Shown: positions 48,368-59,965 of the stretch, piece after piece | Position numbering within the stretch: the first letter of the stretch is position 1 | Layout of the letters: each line of letters starts with the position of its first letter | Origin: Gekko japonicus | Taxonomy: Eukaryota | Direction: 5' to 3' | Assembly: GCF_001447785.1 (NCBI RefSeq) | Contig: NW_015161413.1 | Span: 103,045 to 167,044, forward strand | DNA: 64,000 bases | Made by a program: the position numbers and the translations under genes | Notes under the pieces: model-generated | Database searches by the model: none | What the model was told of the DNA's origin: nothing | The model's input: the letters and a program-made list of their open reading frames with translations, nothing else

Positions 48368-48806
48368 NNNNNNNNNNNNNNNNNNNNNNNNNNNNNNNNN
48401 NNNNNNNNNNNNNNNNNNNNNNNNNNNNNNNNNNNNNNNNNNNNNNNNNNNNNNNNNNNNNNNNNNNNNNNNNNNNNNNNNNNNNNNNNNNNNNNNNNNN
48501 NNNNNNNNNNNNNNNNNNNNNNNNNNNNNNNNNNNNNNNNNNNNNNNNNNNNNNNNNNNNNNNNNNNNNNNNNNNNNNNNNNNNNNNNNNNNNNNNNNNN
48601 NNNNNNNNNNNNNNNNNNNNNNNNNNNNNNNNNNNNNNNNNNNNNNNNNNNNNNNNNNNNNNNNNNNNNNNNNNNNNNNNNNNNNNNNNNNNNNNNNNNN
48701 NNNNNNNNNNNNNNNNNNNNNNNNNNNNNNNNNNNNNNNNNNNNNNNNNNNNNNNNNNNNNNNNNNNNNNNNNNNNNNNNNNNNNNNNNNNNNNNNNNNN
48801 NNNNNN
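48368..48806. other. Assembly gap (N)
   Basis: Run of N. Confidence 1.
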
Positions 48807-48990
48807 GTACTCCCATCTCTTTAAGGACTTTCCATAGTTTGTTGTGATCCACACAGTGAAAGGCTTTAGCATAGTCAATGAAGCAGAAGTAGATGTTTTT
48901 CTGGTACTCTCTTGCTTTCTCCATAATCCAGAGAATGTTGGCAATTTGATCTCTCATTCCTCTACCTCTTCGAAACCCAGCTTGTACTTC

Positions 48991-49820
48991 NNNNNNNNNN
49001 NNNNNNNNNNNNNNNNNNNNNNNNNNNNNNNNNNNNNNNNNNNNNNNNNNNNNNNNNNNNNNNNNNNNNNNNNNNNNNNNNNNNNNNNNNNNNNNNNNNN
49101 NNNNNNNNNNNNNNNNNNNNNNNNNNNNNNNNNNNNNNNNNNNNNNNNNNNNNNNNNNNNNNNNNNNNNNNNNNNNNNNNNNNNNNNNNNNNNNNNNNNN
49201 NNNNNNNNNNNNNNNNNNNNNNNNNNNNNNNNNNNNNNNNNNNNNNNNNNNNNNNNNNNNNNNNNNNNNNNNNNNNNNNNNNNNNNNNNNNNNNNNNNNN
49301 NNNNNNNNNNNNNNNNNNNNNNNNNNNNNNNNNNNNNNNNNNNNNNNNNNNNNNNNNNNNNNNNNNNNNNNNNNNNNNNNNNNNNNNNNNNNNNNNNNNN
49401 NNNNNNNNNNNNNNNNNNNNNNNNNNNNNNNNNNNNNNNNNNNNNNNNNNNNNNNNNNNNNNNNNNNNNNNNNNNNNNNNNNNNNNNNNNNNNNNNNNNN
49501 NNNNNNNNNNNNNNNNNNNNNNNNNNNNNNNNNNNNNNNNNNNNNNNNNNNNNNNNNNNNNNNNNNNNNNNNNNNNNNNNNNNNNNNNNNNNNNNNNNNN
49601 NNNNNNNNNNNNNNNNNNNNNNNNNNNNNNNNNNNNNNNNNNNNNNNNNNNNNNNNNNNNNNNNNNNNNNNNNNNNNNNNNNNNNNNNNNNNNNNNNNNN
49701 NNNNNNNNNNNNNNNNNNNNNNNNNNNNNNNNNNNNNNNNNNNNNNNNNNNNNNNNNNNNNNNNNNNNNNNNNNNNNNNNNNNNNNNNNNNNNNNNNNNN
49801 NNNNNNNNNNNNNNNNNNNN
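48991..49820. other. Assembly gap (N)
   Basis: Run of N. Confidence 1.
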
Positions 49821-52252
49821 GCTGCCTCCTGTACAATGTCACAAACCTCCGTCCACAGTTCTTCAGGCACTCTATCTATCAAATCTAGACCCTTGAATCT
49901 ATTCTTCACCTCTACTGTATATTCATCAGGGATGTGATCTAGGTCAAACCTGAATGGCCTTGTGGTTTCCCCAATTTTCTTCAGTTTAAGTCTGAATTTT
50001 GCAATGAGTAGCTCATGATCTGAGCCACAGTCAACTCCAGGTCTTGTTTTCACTGACTGGATAGAGCTTCTCCATCTTTGACTGCAAATTATATAGTCAA
50101 TCTGATTTCGGTGTTGCCCATCTGGTGATGTCCATGTGTAGAGTCGCCTCTTAGATTGTTGGAAAAGGGTGTTCGCTATGACCAGTGTATTCTCTTGACA
50201 AAACTCTGTTAACCTTTGCCCTGCTTCATTTTGCTTTCCAAAGCCAAACTTGTCTGTTATTCCAGTTACCTTTTGACTTCCTACTTTAGCATTCCAGTCC
50301 CCTATGATGATGAGGACATCCTTTTTTGGTGTTAGTTCTAGGAGGTGTTGTAGGTCTTCATAGAACCGGTCCACTTCAGCCTCTTCTGCAACAGTGGTTG
50401 GGGCATAGACTTGGATTACTGTGATGTTGAATGGTTTGCCTTGGAATCGGACAGAAATCATTCTGTCATTTTTGAGATTGTATCCCAGTACTGACTTTTG
50501 CACTCTCTTGTTGACTATAAAGGCCACACCATTTTTTCTACGAGATTCCTGGCCACAGTAGTAGATATAATGGTCTTCTGAGTTAAATTCACCCATTCCT
50601 GCCCACTTTAGTTCACTGATTCCTAAGATATCGAAGTTCAGTCTTGCCATCTCATTTTTGACCACGTCAAGTTTACCTTGATTCATAGATCTTACATTCC
50701 AGGTTCCACCTTTCTTACTTGGACTCAAAGTGGATTACACAGAGAGAGACAATACAGTTGAAGGATGGATCATTCAATAAACAATGCAATAGGATTAGGG
50801 TTGTAGAACCAACAGAAGTCTAAAAACTTGAAGCAAAGCATAAGTATTAACATGAAACATTAAATTATGCAAAATTCCATAGTAGGATCCTGGTTTCAGC
50901 AAGCTATATATAGTAGTAACTCTGTATAGGATTGCACTGTACATGCCAGCTCTTGTATTCTAGCCCTAGCCAATTTATAGTACCATCCTAAACAGAGTTA
51001 CACTATTTCAAGCCCATGGAAATCAGTGTGCTTAGAAAGGTGTAACTCTTCTTAGGATGGCACTGCTAAGACTTTGGCAAAACACGCTTGTTGCATCAAT
51101 GTTTTTCTTAAGCACAGCCAACATCTGTTTCCCAACATTATTTCAGTGTTTCAAAGATGCCTTTAGTGATCGCTTGTAACACTTCCCATGTCTGGAGGAT
51201 GATACGAGCAATTTTTCAAAACCATTTAACAAAAATATAACCCGAATGAGAACATGATTGCTTTGAACCAAATGTGGAGCTCGTAGCAACTGATACCAGC
51301 CATCCTTGACATCCTCTGTTGCTGGAGACACGATGAACATTACGAATTACATCCACAACGATGAAAAACCCTTTGCCCTCTAGGAAAGAAAAATCTAATT
51401 CATTCTATTTCTTTAATTAGGAAGCATTACATTAGATGCCCTGTTCTCAGCAGACTGGAAAAGAGAGTGCAACCATCAGACCCAATGGAAGGAATCGGAA
51501 AGCAACTCATTTTCAGGAGTGCCAGAGCAATACTTTTGCAGAGCTGGTTCCTCACCATGGGGGGGGGGGGCAGTCAGAGGACAAAGGATGATGGTGTGCT
51601 GTGCAGACTCTTGACTGTGGGGACCTACGCTTCCACCCGTGTCCTCACCTCATCTAAACTGTGTAGAATGGGAATATCTGATACCTTCCACAAAACAACA
51701 GAAGTCAACCCAGAGAAAACTACTTTGTCATTCTCCTGCTAATGTTAGCAAAAAAAATATATTTCAGGGCTTGATCCTATTATGTGACACAGATTTCAAA
51801 ATCAAATTACAACACTAGCAATAAGGATCATTGGGCTGAAATTTTAGTTAGGTATTTTGTCACAGAAAAGCCTAATGAGCTATTATAATTAATAATAATG
51901 GAATGTATAATGAGAGGGGAATTGCATAGCCAAGGCACACAATAGTCACATTAAGAGCCTGTCATTAAGAAAATATAATTTGCATTACATATATCTCTTC
52001 TTCAATATTCTTTACGTTCGAGGATAGCAAAGACTTCATAGAATCCTGACAGATGAAACCATCAGGAATATATAGACAGGGTAAATGAAAACAGTCGCTG
52101 AACATGTCCTTTTATCTCTTGATGAGTCAAGTTTCTGCATGAAAATACATGTGATAGTTATAATGGTATGCGGAGGTAGTTCTCTTCAGTCATTCAGTAA
52201 GACAAGTTATTGCTAGGCCTTGTCCTCTACAGGATTATCAATGAACTATAGC

Positions 52253-52455
52253 CCTGAACTGGATGTCCCAGTCTAGTCCAATCTCATCAGATCTAGGAAG
52301 CTAGGTAGGGTAGGTCCTGGTTACTATCTGGATGGGAGACCACCAAGTAAAACTAGGGTCACTACGCAGAGGAAGGAAATGGAAAACCACCTCTGTTAGT
52401 CTCTTGTCTTGAAAACCCTGTGAGGTCACCATAAGTTCCCTGGAACTTGACGGCA
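52253..52455 (+). mobile_element. 5S rRNA-derived SINE
   Basis: atctcatcagatctaggaagctagg...ggatgggagaccacc plus RTE-type tail ending cttgacggca. Confidence 0.78.
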
Positions 52456-52932
52456 AGTAGAGACATCACCCTGCCAACAAAAGTCCATATGGTCAAAGCA
52501 ATGGTTTTCCCAGTAGTAATGTATGGCTATGAGAGTTGGACCATAAGGAAGGCCAAGCACTGAAAAATAGATGTTTTCGAATTATGGTGCTGGACAAGAC
52601 TCTTGAGAGTCCCTTGGACTGCAACGAGATCGAATCAGTCAATCCTAAAAGAAATCAACCCTGACTGTTCCCTGGAAGGCCAGATACTGGAGCTGAAGCC
52701 ACCAAATGAGAAGGGAGCATTCACTGGAGAAGACACTGATGCTGGGAAAGACTGAAAATAAAAGAAGAAGGGGATGGCAAAGGATGAGATGGTTAGACAG
52801 TGTTATCGATGTGATGAACATGAAATTAAGCAAATTCCAAAGGACGACGGAAGACAGGAGGGCCTGGCATGATGTGGTCCATGGGATCGCGAAGAGTCGG
52901 ACTCGCCTTTGTGACTGAACAACAGCAACAAA
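52456..52932 (+). mobile_element. Bov-B 3' fragment
   Basis: Starts at SRDITLPTKV coding sequence; REHSLEKTLMLGK..MRWLD; aacaacagcaaca tail. Confidence 0.92.
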
Positions 52933-53125
52933 ATATGAAGAGATGGTTTCAGGCTTTCCAAGTGGACTATGGAATCACTGTGTCATTCAAGAAAACAAGC
53001 TATGAACTTTTAGTAAGCTACTACATAGTTTCTAGATCCAGATGGGTAGCTGCGTTAGTCTGTCTGTAGCAGCAGAAAAGAGCAAGAGTCCAGTAGCACC
53101 TTAAAAACTACCAAAATATGTGGCA

Positions 53126-53169
53126 GGGAATGAGCTTTCATGAGTCACTGCTCACTTCTTCAGATACAC
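53126..53169 (-). ncRNA. Minimal hammerhead ribozyme motif (Penelope type), copy 1
   Basis: Minus strand GUAU-CUGAAGA-A-GUGAG-cagug(a)-CUCAU-GAAA-GC-UC-AUUC; core intact, stem I has a mismatch. Confidence 0.6.
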
Positions 53170-53330
53170 CTAGAATGGGAGTCCATCTGTCCTATTTATT
53201 GGAAAGTGGAGTGATTTCAGATGCTGAATGCCATTAGCAGGCAAATGACAATAGCAGGTGAATGACAATAGCAGCAGCAGAAAAGAGCAAGAGTCCAGTA
53301 GCACCTTAAAAACTACCAAAATATGTGGCA

Positions 53331-53374
53331 GGGAATGAGCTTTCATGAGTCACTGCTCACTTCTTCAGATACAC
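53331..53374 (-). ncRNA. Minimal hammerhead ribozyme motif (Penelope type), copy 2
   Basis: Identical to copy 1, 205 bp away. Confidence 0.6.
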
Positions 53375-54233
53375 CTAGAATGGGAGTCCATCTGTCCTAT
53401 TTATTGGAAAGTGGAATGATTTCAGATGCTGAATGCCATTAGCAGGCAAATGACAATAGCAGGTGAATGACAATAGCAGGTGTGATTAGATTTAAGTGAG
53501 ATATGCAGAGGGATAATAGGCATGGAGAAATCAGCATTGGTAATGTGACAGGAAACCTAGGTCTCGATTCAGTCCAGGTGGATACATTATCTTGAGCTTC
53601 ATTATCAGTTGCAATTCAGCAGTCTCTCTTTCTAATCTCCCTTTGAAGTTCCTTTGTAAGAGAACTGCTACTTTTAGGTCAGCAACTGAATCCTAGGAGG
53701 TTAAAATGTTCCCCCATTGGGTTTTGAAAGTTGTGGTTCCTAATGTCAGACTTATGTTCATTAATTCTTTGTCAAAGGGACTGGCCTGTTTGTATAATGT
53801 AGAGGGTATCATTCTGGCTTTTGCAGTCATCTTTCTCCCCATATCAGGAGGATATAGTAGTTGCAAAAATGCCTGTTGCATATCCTTCAAGTGAGTATCT
53901 CTGTCTGAGGAGTTGGAGTAGATGCGACTATAGCATAGGGCTTGGCTATACACAATGGATTGTTTGATGTGGTTGGGGTAGTAGCTGGAGGCATGTAGAT
54001 ATGTTTGCTGATCTGTTGGTCTCTGGTATAATGTGGTACTTATGCGTCCCTCATGTATCCATACTGTGGTGTCCAGGAAGTTTATTTATTGTGTAGAATA
54101 ATTCATGGTTAGATTAATGGTGGGGTGGAAGTTGTGGAAGGCCTGGTGGAATTTATCAAGGGCTTCTTTGCCATGGGTCCAGACAATAAAAATGTCATCA
54201 ATGAATCTCAAGTAAAGGAGAGGTGCCAATGGG

Positions 54234-54596
54234 TGTCAGCTACGCTTCCATTATATGTGGAGGGGGGAAGGAGGCCGCTGGGTGAGCATCTTCATGTTCT
54301 GGAATGTTAGCTTTTACTTCTCCTGCTGTGTCTTATCTGTTAGCCTGACCTTGGTACTTCACGCTCTTCACTCTGTCTGGGAACCTGATCCCATTACTTT
54401 TGGCATGCAAGGCTTGCACCTCTGATTGGCTTAGCTCCATCAGGGGGTCCCACTTTGGATGCGGTATATCTTCCCCTCTCAGTTGGGTTAGCTCTAACAC
54501 AGAATGTATGCACAGATGACCTGCCTTTACTGTCTTCAATAAACTTGATCCTTCTGAAGGAACACTGTTGGGACTGATTGCTGTGGGACTCTGACA
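54234..54596. mobile_element. Solo LTR (363 bp) inserted in the Penelope RT
   Basis: Perfect tgtcag/ctgaca ends, 5-bp TSD atggg (54229-54233, 54597-54601). Confidence 0.85.
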
Positions 54597-55378
54597 ATGG
54601 GTGGGAGTTCAGTAGTTGCAAAAATGGAGAGGAGCCAATGGGTAGAGGTGCCAATGGGTAGTATGTAGGCATGCCAGGCCTCTATCCTGTTTCATTGCCA
54701 GGAGGCACCTCAGGCACCATCAGGAAGAAATGGGAAGGTGGAAAGGAACATATGCCAACATCATTTTTACTGCACATGATATGGTGGACACTCTAGAATT
54801 CTGCAGAAAAATTCTATAGCTAAATCATGGGGGGGGGGGTTTGCAGAATGCCAGAGCATCTTCCAAGTCACTTCTGTTTTTTACCTCCTGGGGATTGTCA
54901 GCTGCAGCCTGGCAGTCCTATTACATGTGTGTAAGCTTCTGATAAAAATAAAATAACAAAAAACCCTTACGTTTACCTTTCTAAACACTTCTATCCGTTA
55001 TTACACAAATAACAGGTTAAATACTGAGAATCGAACACAAGTTAAGGTTTAAATGACACCACAAATTTCTGATATCTAGGTAGGCTGAACCTCTCCCTTA
55101 AAATAATGAGATTAGCCAGGTCCACCCTGAATTATACCCCTTCCTGTACATGCCCTTCTTGTAGCTTTAACATGTGAGCATTTACCTTCACATTCTCCTA
55201 TCCTTCTGAGCTACAACTACTTTACCTTTCCTCATTTGGGGAAACAGGATATGATGATTTCGCCCTCCCTCACCGGGTTTCCCTTTATCTTGTTCTTCAT
55301 TGAGCAGCCCCTTTTTCCTTTTTCTTCTTCATTTTTCTCTGGTTGTCCCACCCAGTCATTTGAATGTATTTAGATATA

Positions 55379-56062
55379 TGTTGACCCAGCCTAGGGAACT
55401 GAGGGGAAAGACTAAAATCCTTTTTTTTTTTGGTCCTGGTTTGATAATGGCACACATGAGACTAATGGTAAATAAAAAATAACAAATTGTTTTATTTCAC
55501 ATTGAGGGGAAAAGGTCAGATAGGAATCAGGTTTAGGACTTACGAGGTGAATGGGCAACAGGAATTAGGTAACTTTGTATACAAATAAACACCAGATAAT
55601 TTGTGGCAAACAAGCAACTATTTCTGTTATTCATACAGGCCTTTAAAACGTGAGGGGAGAGATTTCTTGGCAGTTTTTTCTTACATAAGATAGCATAAGG
55701 TTCTTGGTCTAACAGATACTAAAGCTGGTGAAAGCAGGAACATTTACACAAGTTCCAGATTCCTTCCTTATACACTGGCTAGGGATCACCTCCATCTTCT
55801 AGGAGCTATTTCCCTCAAACGTATTAGGGATGGGCTCAGCTTCCCACTTCCCTAACTCAGGCTCATTCTTGATCCTCTTCTAGTCTGCTTTGCTTTCTCA
55901 TTGCTGTCACCCCTCAACTGCTCTTCTAACTGACTCTCTCAACTGAAAAATTGCATTTGAATCCCCAGTTACTCAAGGTTCTCAGACTAGGTTAAAGCCT
56001 TAGCCATTTACTGTTAATTTACAGGGCTCCAGTTAATGCTGGAGTCAAAGAGATTCTCAATA
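55379..56062. mobile_element. Probable degenerate solo LTR
   Basis: tgttga...tcaata ends, flanks atata/aaata; LTR-like composition with a tttatt signal. Confidence 0.5.
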
Positions 56063-57392
56063 AAATAGAAAGAGGTACCAACTGAACCTACACAGACAGC
56101 AGGGGTAGGCTACGTGACCCTTTTCCTCTACATGTTCAAGCCAGGAGCCATGGATCTTTAGCAAGATGGACTAGCAGCAGGTCAGGAGGATACTAGGAAA
56201 GTGGGAATGGATGTTGGCTTTTTAATAAATGCTTGTAGAGTCACGTTATTTTTTATAATAAAAGAAACCTTGATACAGGTTTTCATAGACCATGTTCAGC
56301 AAAGCCTTTATATGACAGTTCATTTTCCCCCCGTCAAAAGAAAATACTGACGCAGTCCTGAGAAAATGCAAGCAGCCATATATATATGAAACCGCTGACA
56401 GTTGCTCAGTAGTAGTGGCTTAAAGGCTTGGCATGCCATTTCACAGTCACACAACTTCTTCTTGATTGTTTGCTTGTAGACATTATTTTAAAAAATTGAG
56501 CAAGGCCAGGTGAGTAAGCACATTGCGGCAGCTGAAGATAGAGTTTCAGAATGCCTGGAAGTTGGCTTGGGAAAGTAGAGTCCAAGAAGTTCCGTGCAAG
56601 CGTCAGGACGTTTTTAGACTCTGAGAGACCATTTGCCTGAAACATGAGGCCGACCTTGAGTATTACAGAGAATCTCTTGCATAAAGCTGCCTCCGGCTGG
56701 TCTGAGATGTAATTATACAGGAGCCCAAGAGGAGAATGTTGGCAGCTTGAAACTGAGCAGCAGCGGCAGCGAGAAGAATACGAGATGCTAATTAAGAAGA
56801 TGGCTGTAGCAACTTGTGGATTCCGACAGCATTAAAAAAAATACTAATGGCAAATTAAGCAATGGCACTTCAACATGTTGGGAACAGTCACCCTGCTACA
56901 TATGGCATGAACGTGTGTGTGTGTGTGTGTGTGTGACAACAAAAGAATTCTAAACACAACTCTTAGAGTTGAGCCCATTGGAGCTCCAGAAGTCCACAAC
57001 AGCCAAAGGAACATAATCCTTTTTTCATACACCATCTTGAGTGTTCTGGAGTGTCACACTTGACACATTGCTCCAAATCAGCATACCAGGAAAATTTTAT
57101 GCTGGCCTGTTCCCCAAGTCTGCTATACATGCTTGATGAGAAGTATCATTTGTGTTTTCAACAGATATGCCCTGCCACTGGTGCATAGTGATACTCATTT
57201 AGTCTTCCATGAGAGATGGACTGTTTGAGCAGCAGTTTCTCATTAATCAGGTTAATGGAGGGGGGGGAGAATCATAGCTCGGTGGTGGAGGACATGCTCT
57301 GCATGCAGAAGAAGCAGAGCTTTAAGCTTCAGATACTCCAGTGTAAAGGATCTCAAATATGGATAGGATTGAGTTGGATCACACAGAAGAGT

Positions 57393-57467
57393 TAAGAACA
57401 TAAGAACATAAGAGATGCCAATGTTGGATCAGGTCAAAGGCCCATCCAGTCCAACACTCTGTCACAT
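57393..57467 (-). mobile_element. CR1 3' end fragment
   Basis: taagaacataagaacataagag..gttggatcagg..ggcccatccagtccaacactctgtcaca. Confidence 0.75.
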
Positions 57468-59615
57468 TTTAGTTCTGTGTGTGCAGCTGTCCTTGCACAA
57501 CTGGGAGTACTAAAATGACTCCTTGTTCTCTGCTTGTATTAAGTGGAAGTGGTTTTATCCCCACTATCTTTTCCATGTGTGCAAGGTATACCACAATGCA
57601 TTTCTTCTGACACAATTTCAAAAGCAAACAAAATAAAATCATGTGAACCATCTGTTGTACATTCCATTGTTCTCCATGTACATATTTTGTTAAAATTTAT
57701 ATTGAAGTGCTACTTGTTACCTGCAGCGCATGTGATATTCCTTGCACAAGCATTTAGTACATTTGCAGTTCTACTCACACATTGTGACTGAGGCCTTGGA
57801 GAACTTCCTTAGACATCAGGCTTGAATGCTGAAGAAGACATTGGACATTTTATACTATGCAGAGTCTGCTCTTTAAAAGAGTCCCGCTGTGTTTGTGTTA
57901 ACTATAGACATTACCTTCCACATTTTTTAAAAAAAGTTTTTGGGTTGTAGTACTGGAGACCATTGTTAGAGAATTGTTGTTCTTTTAAATGAGAGTTTTG
58001 CGAACACATTTGAAAAGCTCAGCTGGAAGATTTTAAGTGACACTGAAGGGCTGTTGAAGTCAGACAGCAGAAGAATGCTGGAGGACTTCTATGAAAACGT
58101 GCAAGAAGACTACAGAACTAGAAACAAGTTATGCTACTAGATTACACACGGGAGCCAACATTCTGGCTAGACAGAGACAGGGGTCACTACTTATGACCAC
58201 TCTTTGTTAAGTTGCCCTCCTTTTTGACTTCGAAAACCATCAGATTATAAGAATGGACCAGATCAAGGTCTGTGTAGACCAGCATCATGTTTCAGCCATA
58301 TGTCTCTGGCATTTTACAAACAGAATATGAAGGTCATCCTTAATCCCTAGTGTAATATTTTGGAATCCACAAATAAAGACTACTAAAATGAGCAATGGCT
58401 TAAAACAGTTGTAATAGGAAGAGCAACTAAAACCTCTTATACGATAGTCTCTAAGGATTGTTCTAGAACAAACTAAGGTCATGTGATCTTAGGGCAAGTC
58501 ACAAATTACCCACATGCTTTACGATGTAAAGATAAGGGCATGTCTCTAAATTGTAAATTCATTCACTATATGCCACGTACGTGGCCCATCACTCTCTGTT
58601 ACTGCCTACCTTGGCCTGTGAAAACGGGTGGTTCTCAAGAACTTGACAGGCTGGTAGATGGCTGGTAGGCTGTTTTAGTTGGGTAGCTCACAAGTTCTAA
58701 GGTTTGGATTAGCTTGAAATCCAGTTTTCAGTGCAAAAGAACATTCCTTTCGTAGCAGCCCAACTCTGAGCCAGTCAGCATGTTACCTTAGTCCCTTGGC
58801 AGCCAACTGAAAACAGCTTCCATGTGTGGCCATTTGCCTCTTCAGATCACGGTGGGAAGATATGTAATACTCTAGAACTTGGGGGAAGTGCTGTGTAAAT
58901 AGATACAACGGTGCTTTTTAATAATATGTGCCATGGCTCATTTGCCACAAGCATAAACCACAAATTTGGCACGTGGTTTGTAATGTGGTTTGATTTGTGG
59001 GTAAAATTGCAACCAGTTTATGTGTGTGTAAATTTCCATATACTGCATATAGCTCAGGAAATTGCTCTTAATGAGCCAGTCAGAGGGAAGCTTCTGGGAC
59101 CCCTAACTGTGGACTCCAATTCCCAGGTGCAACAAGTCTTAAAGATACAGCACAGTTTTACTAAACTACAGATAATGCTGACTGGGGGCAGTACACAACA
59201 CTTTAAACATTTTTTTCATATAGAGATCAGAAATGCTTTAAGGTTCTTAGTCTGCAAGGGAACTGTGATTCTCATTTGGCATTTGAGATGATTTTTGGAT
59301 GGACTTGAGTGTTTTGGTGTTTCACTGAGAGAACAAAGAATCAAAGACACTGACTGAATGCAGCCTCACAGACACCCATCTTGTAACACTACACTATCCC
59401 TCAGGAACAAAGTGAAGGTGCTAAATGCCTGCTGGCATCTCACAAAGGACGCCTGTAAGATCAGACCTCAGGCTCATAGCCTGAGAATTCTGCCTTCTAC
59501 CCTTCTGGCTTTTAAAAGAAATTGTAACATCCAGACTGGTGACGAGTGCTTGCTGGTGAACTTGAAAGTTTGCCCAGTGTTTTGTGCCAATTTGGCTGGT
59601 CCTAATAGAAAGTAT

Positions 59616-59965
59616 GGGGAGCTGCGGTGGCTCAAGTGGTTAAGACGCTGAACTGCAGGCTGTGGAAGGTCGGTAGTTCAGCAGTTCGAGACCCGGGTGC
59701 CGCAAGACGGAGTGAGCTCCCGTCTCCCGTTCCAGCTCCTGCCAACCTAGCAGTTCGAAAGCAAGACATTGCAAGTAGATAAATAGGTACCACTTCAGTG
59801 GGAAAGTAACAGCGTTCCATGCGCCTTGGTGTTTAGTCATGCCGGCCACATGACCACGGAAACATCTTCGGACAGCGCTGGCTCTTCGGCTTTGAAACGG
59901 AGATGAGCACCGCAACCCTAGAGTCAGATTCGACTAGCTTTCAAGCAAGGGAATCTTTACCTTTA
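59616..59965 (+). mobile_element. Full-length Sauria SINE
   Basis: A box ggtggctcaagtggttaa, B box gttcgagacc, (ctttac)n tail; 15-bp TSD cctaatagaaagtat (59601-59615, 59966-59980). Confidence 0.93.

Larger units (their letters stand above)
47777..50704 (-). mobile_element. Near-complete Bov-B (RTE) LINE with EN and RT, containing two assembly gaps
   Basis: Open APE endonuclease GTWNVRSM..GDWNAKVG..QIDYI..SDHELL (49821-50704); RT QAGFRRGRG..FIDYAKAF; 3' KLKYFGH..; 12-bp TSD tccacctttctt (47765-47776, 50705-50716). Confidence 0.95.
53033..54622 (-). mobile_element. Penelope-like element, internally deleted, with duplicated terminal segment and nested solo LTR
   Basis: Terminal motif gagcaagagtccagtagcacctt; RT/thumb peptides YSQALCYSRI..DRDTHL and PLAPLLYLRFIDDIFIVW on the minus strand. 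Confidence 0.85.

Noticed and set aside
48201-49896. Very long ORFs in the track
   Set aside because: Artefacts of translating N runs; only the Bov-B frame is meaningful.
51143-51400. Minus-strand exon after an acceptor-like tttctttcctag
   Set aside because: All frames stop quickly or give unrecognisable peptides; no supporting donor or homology.
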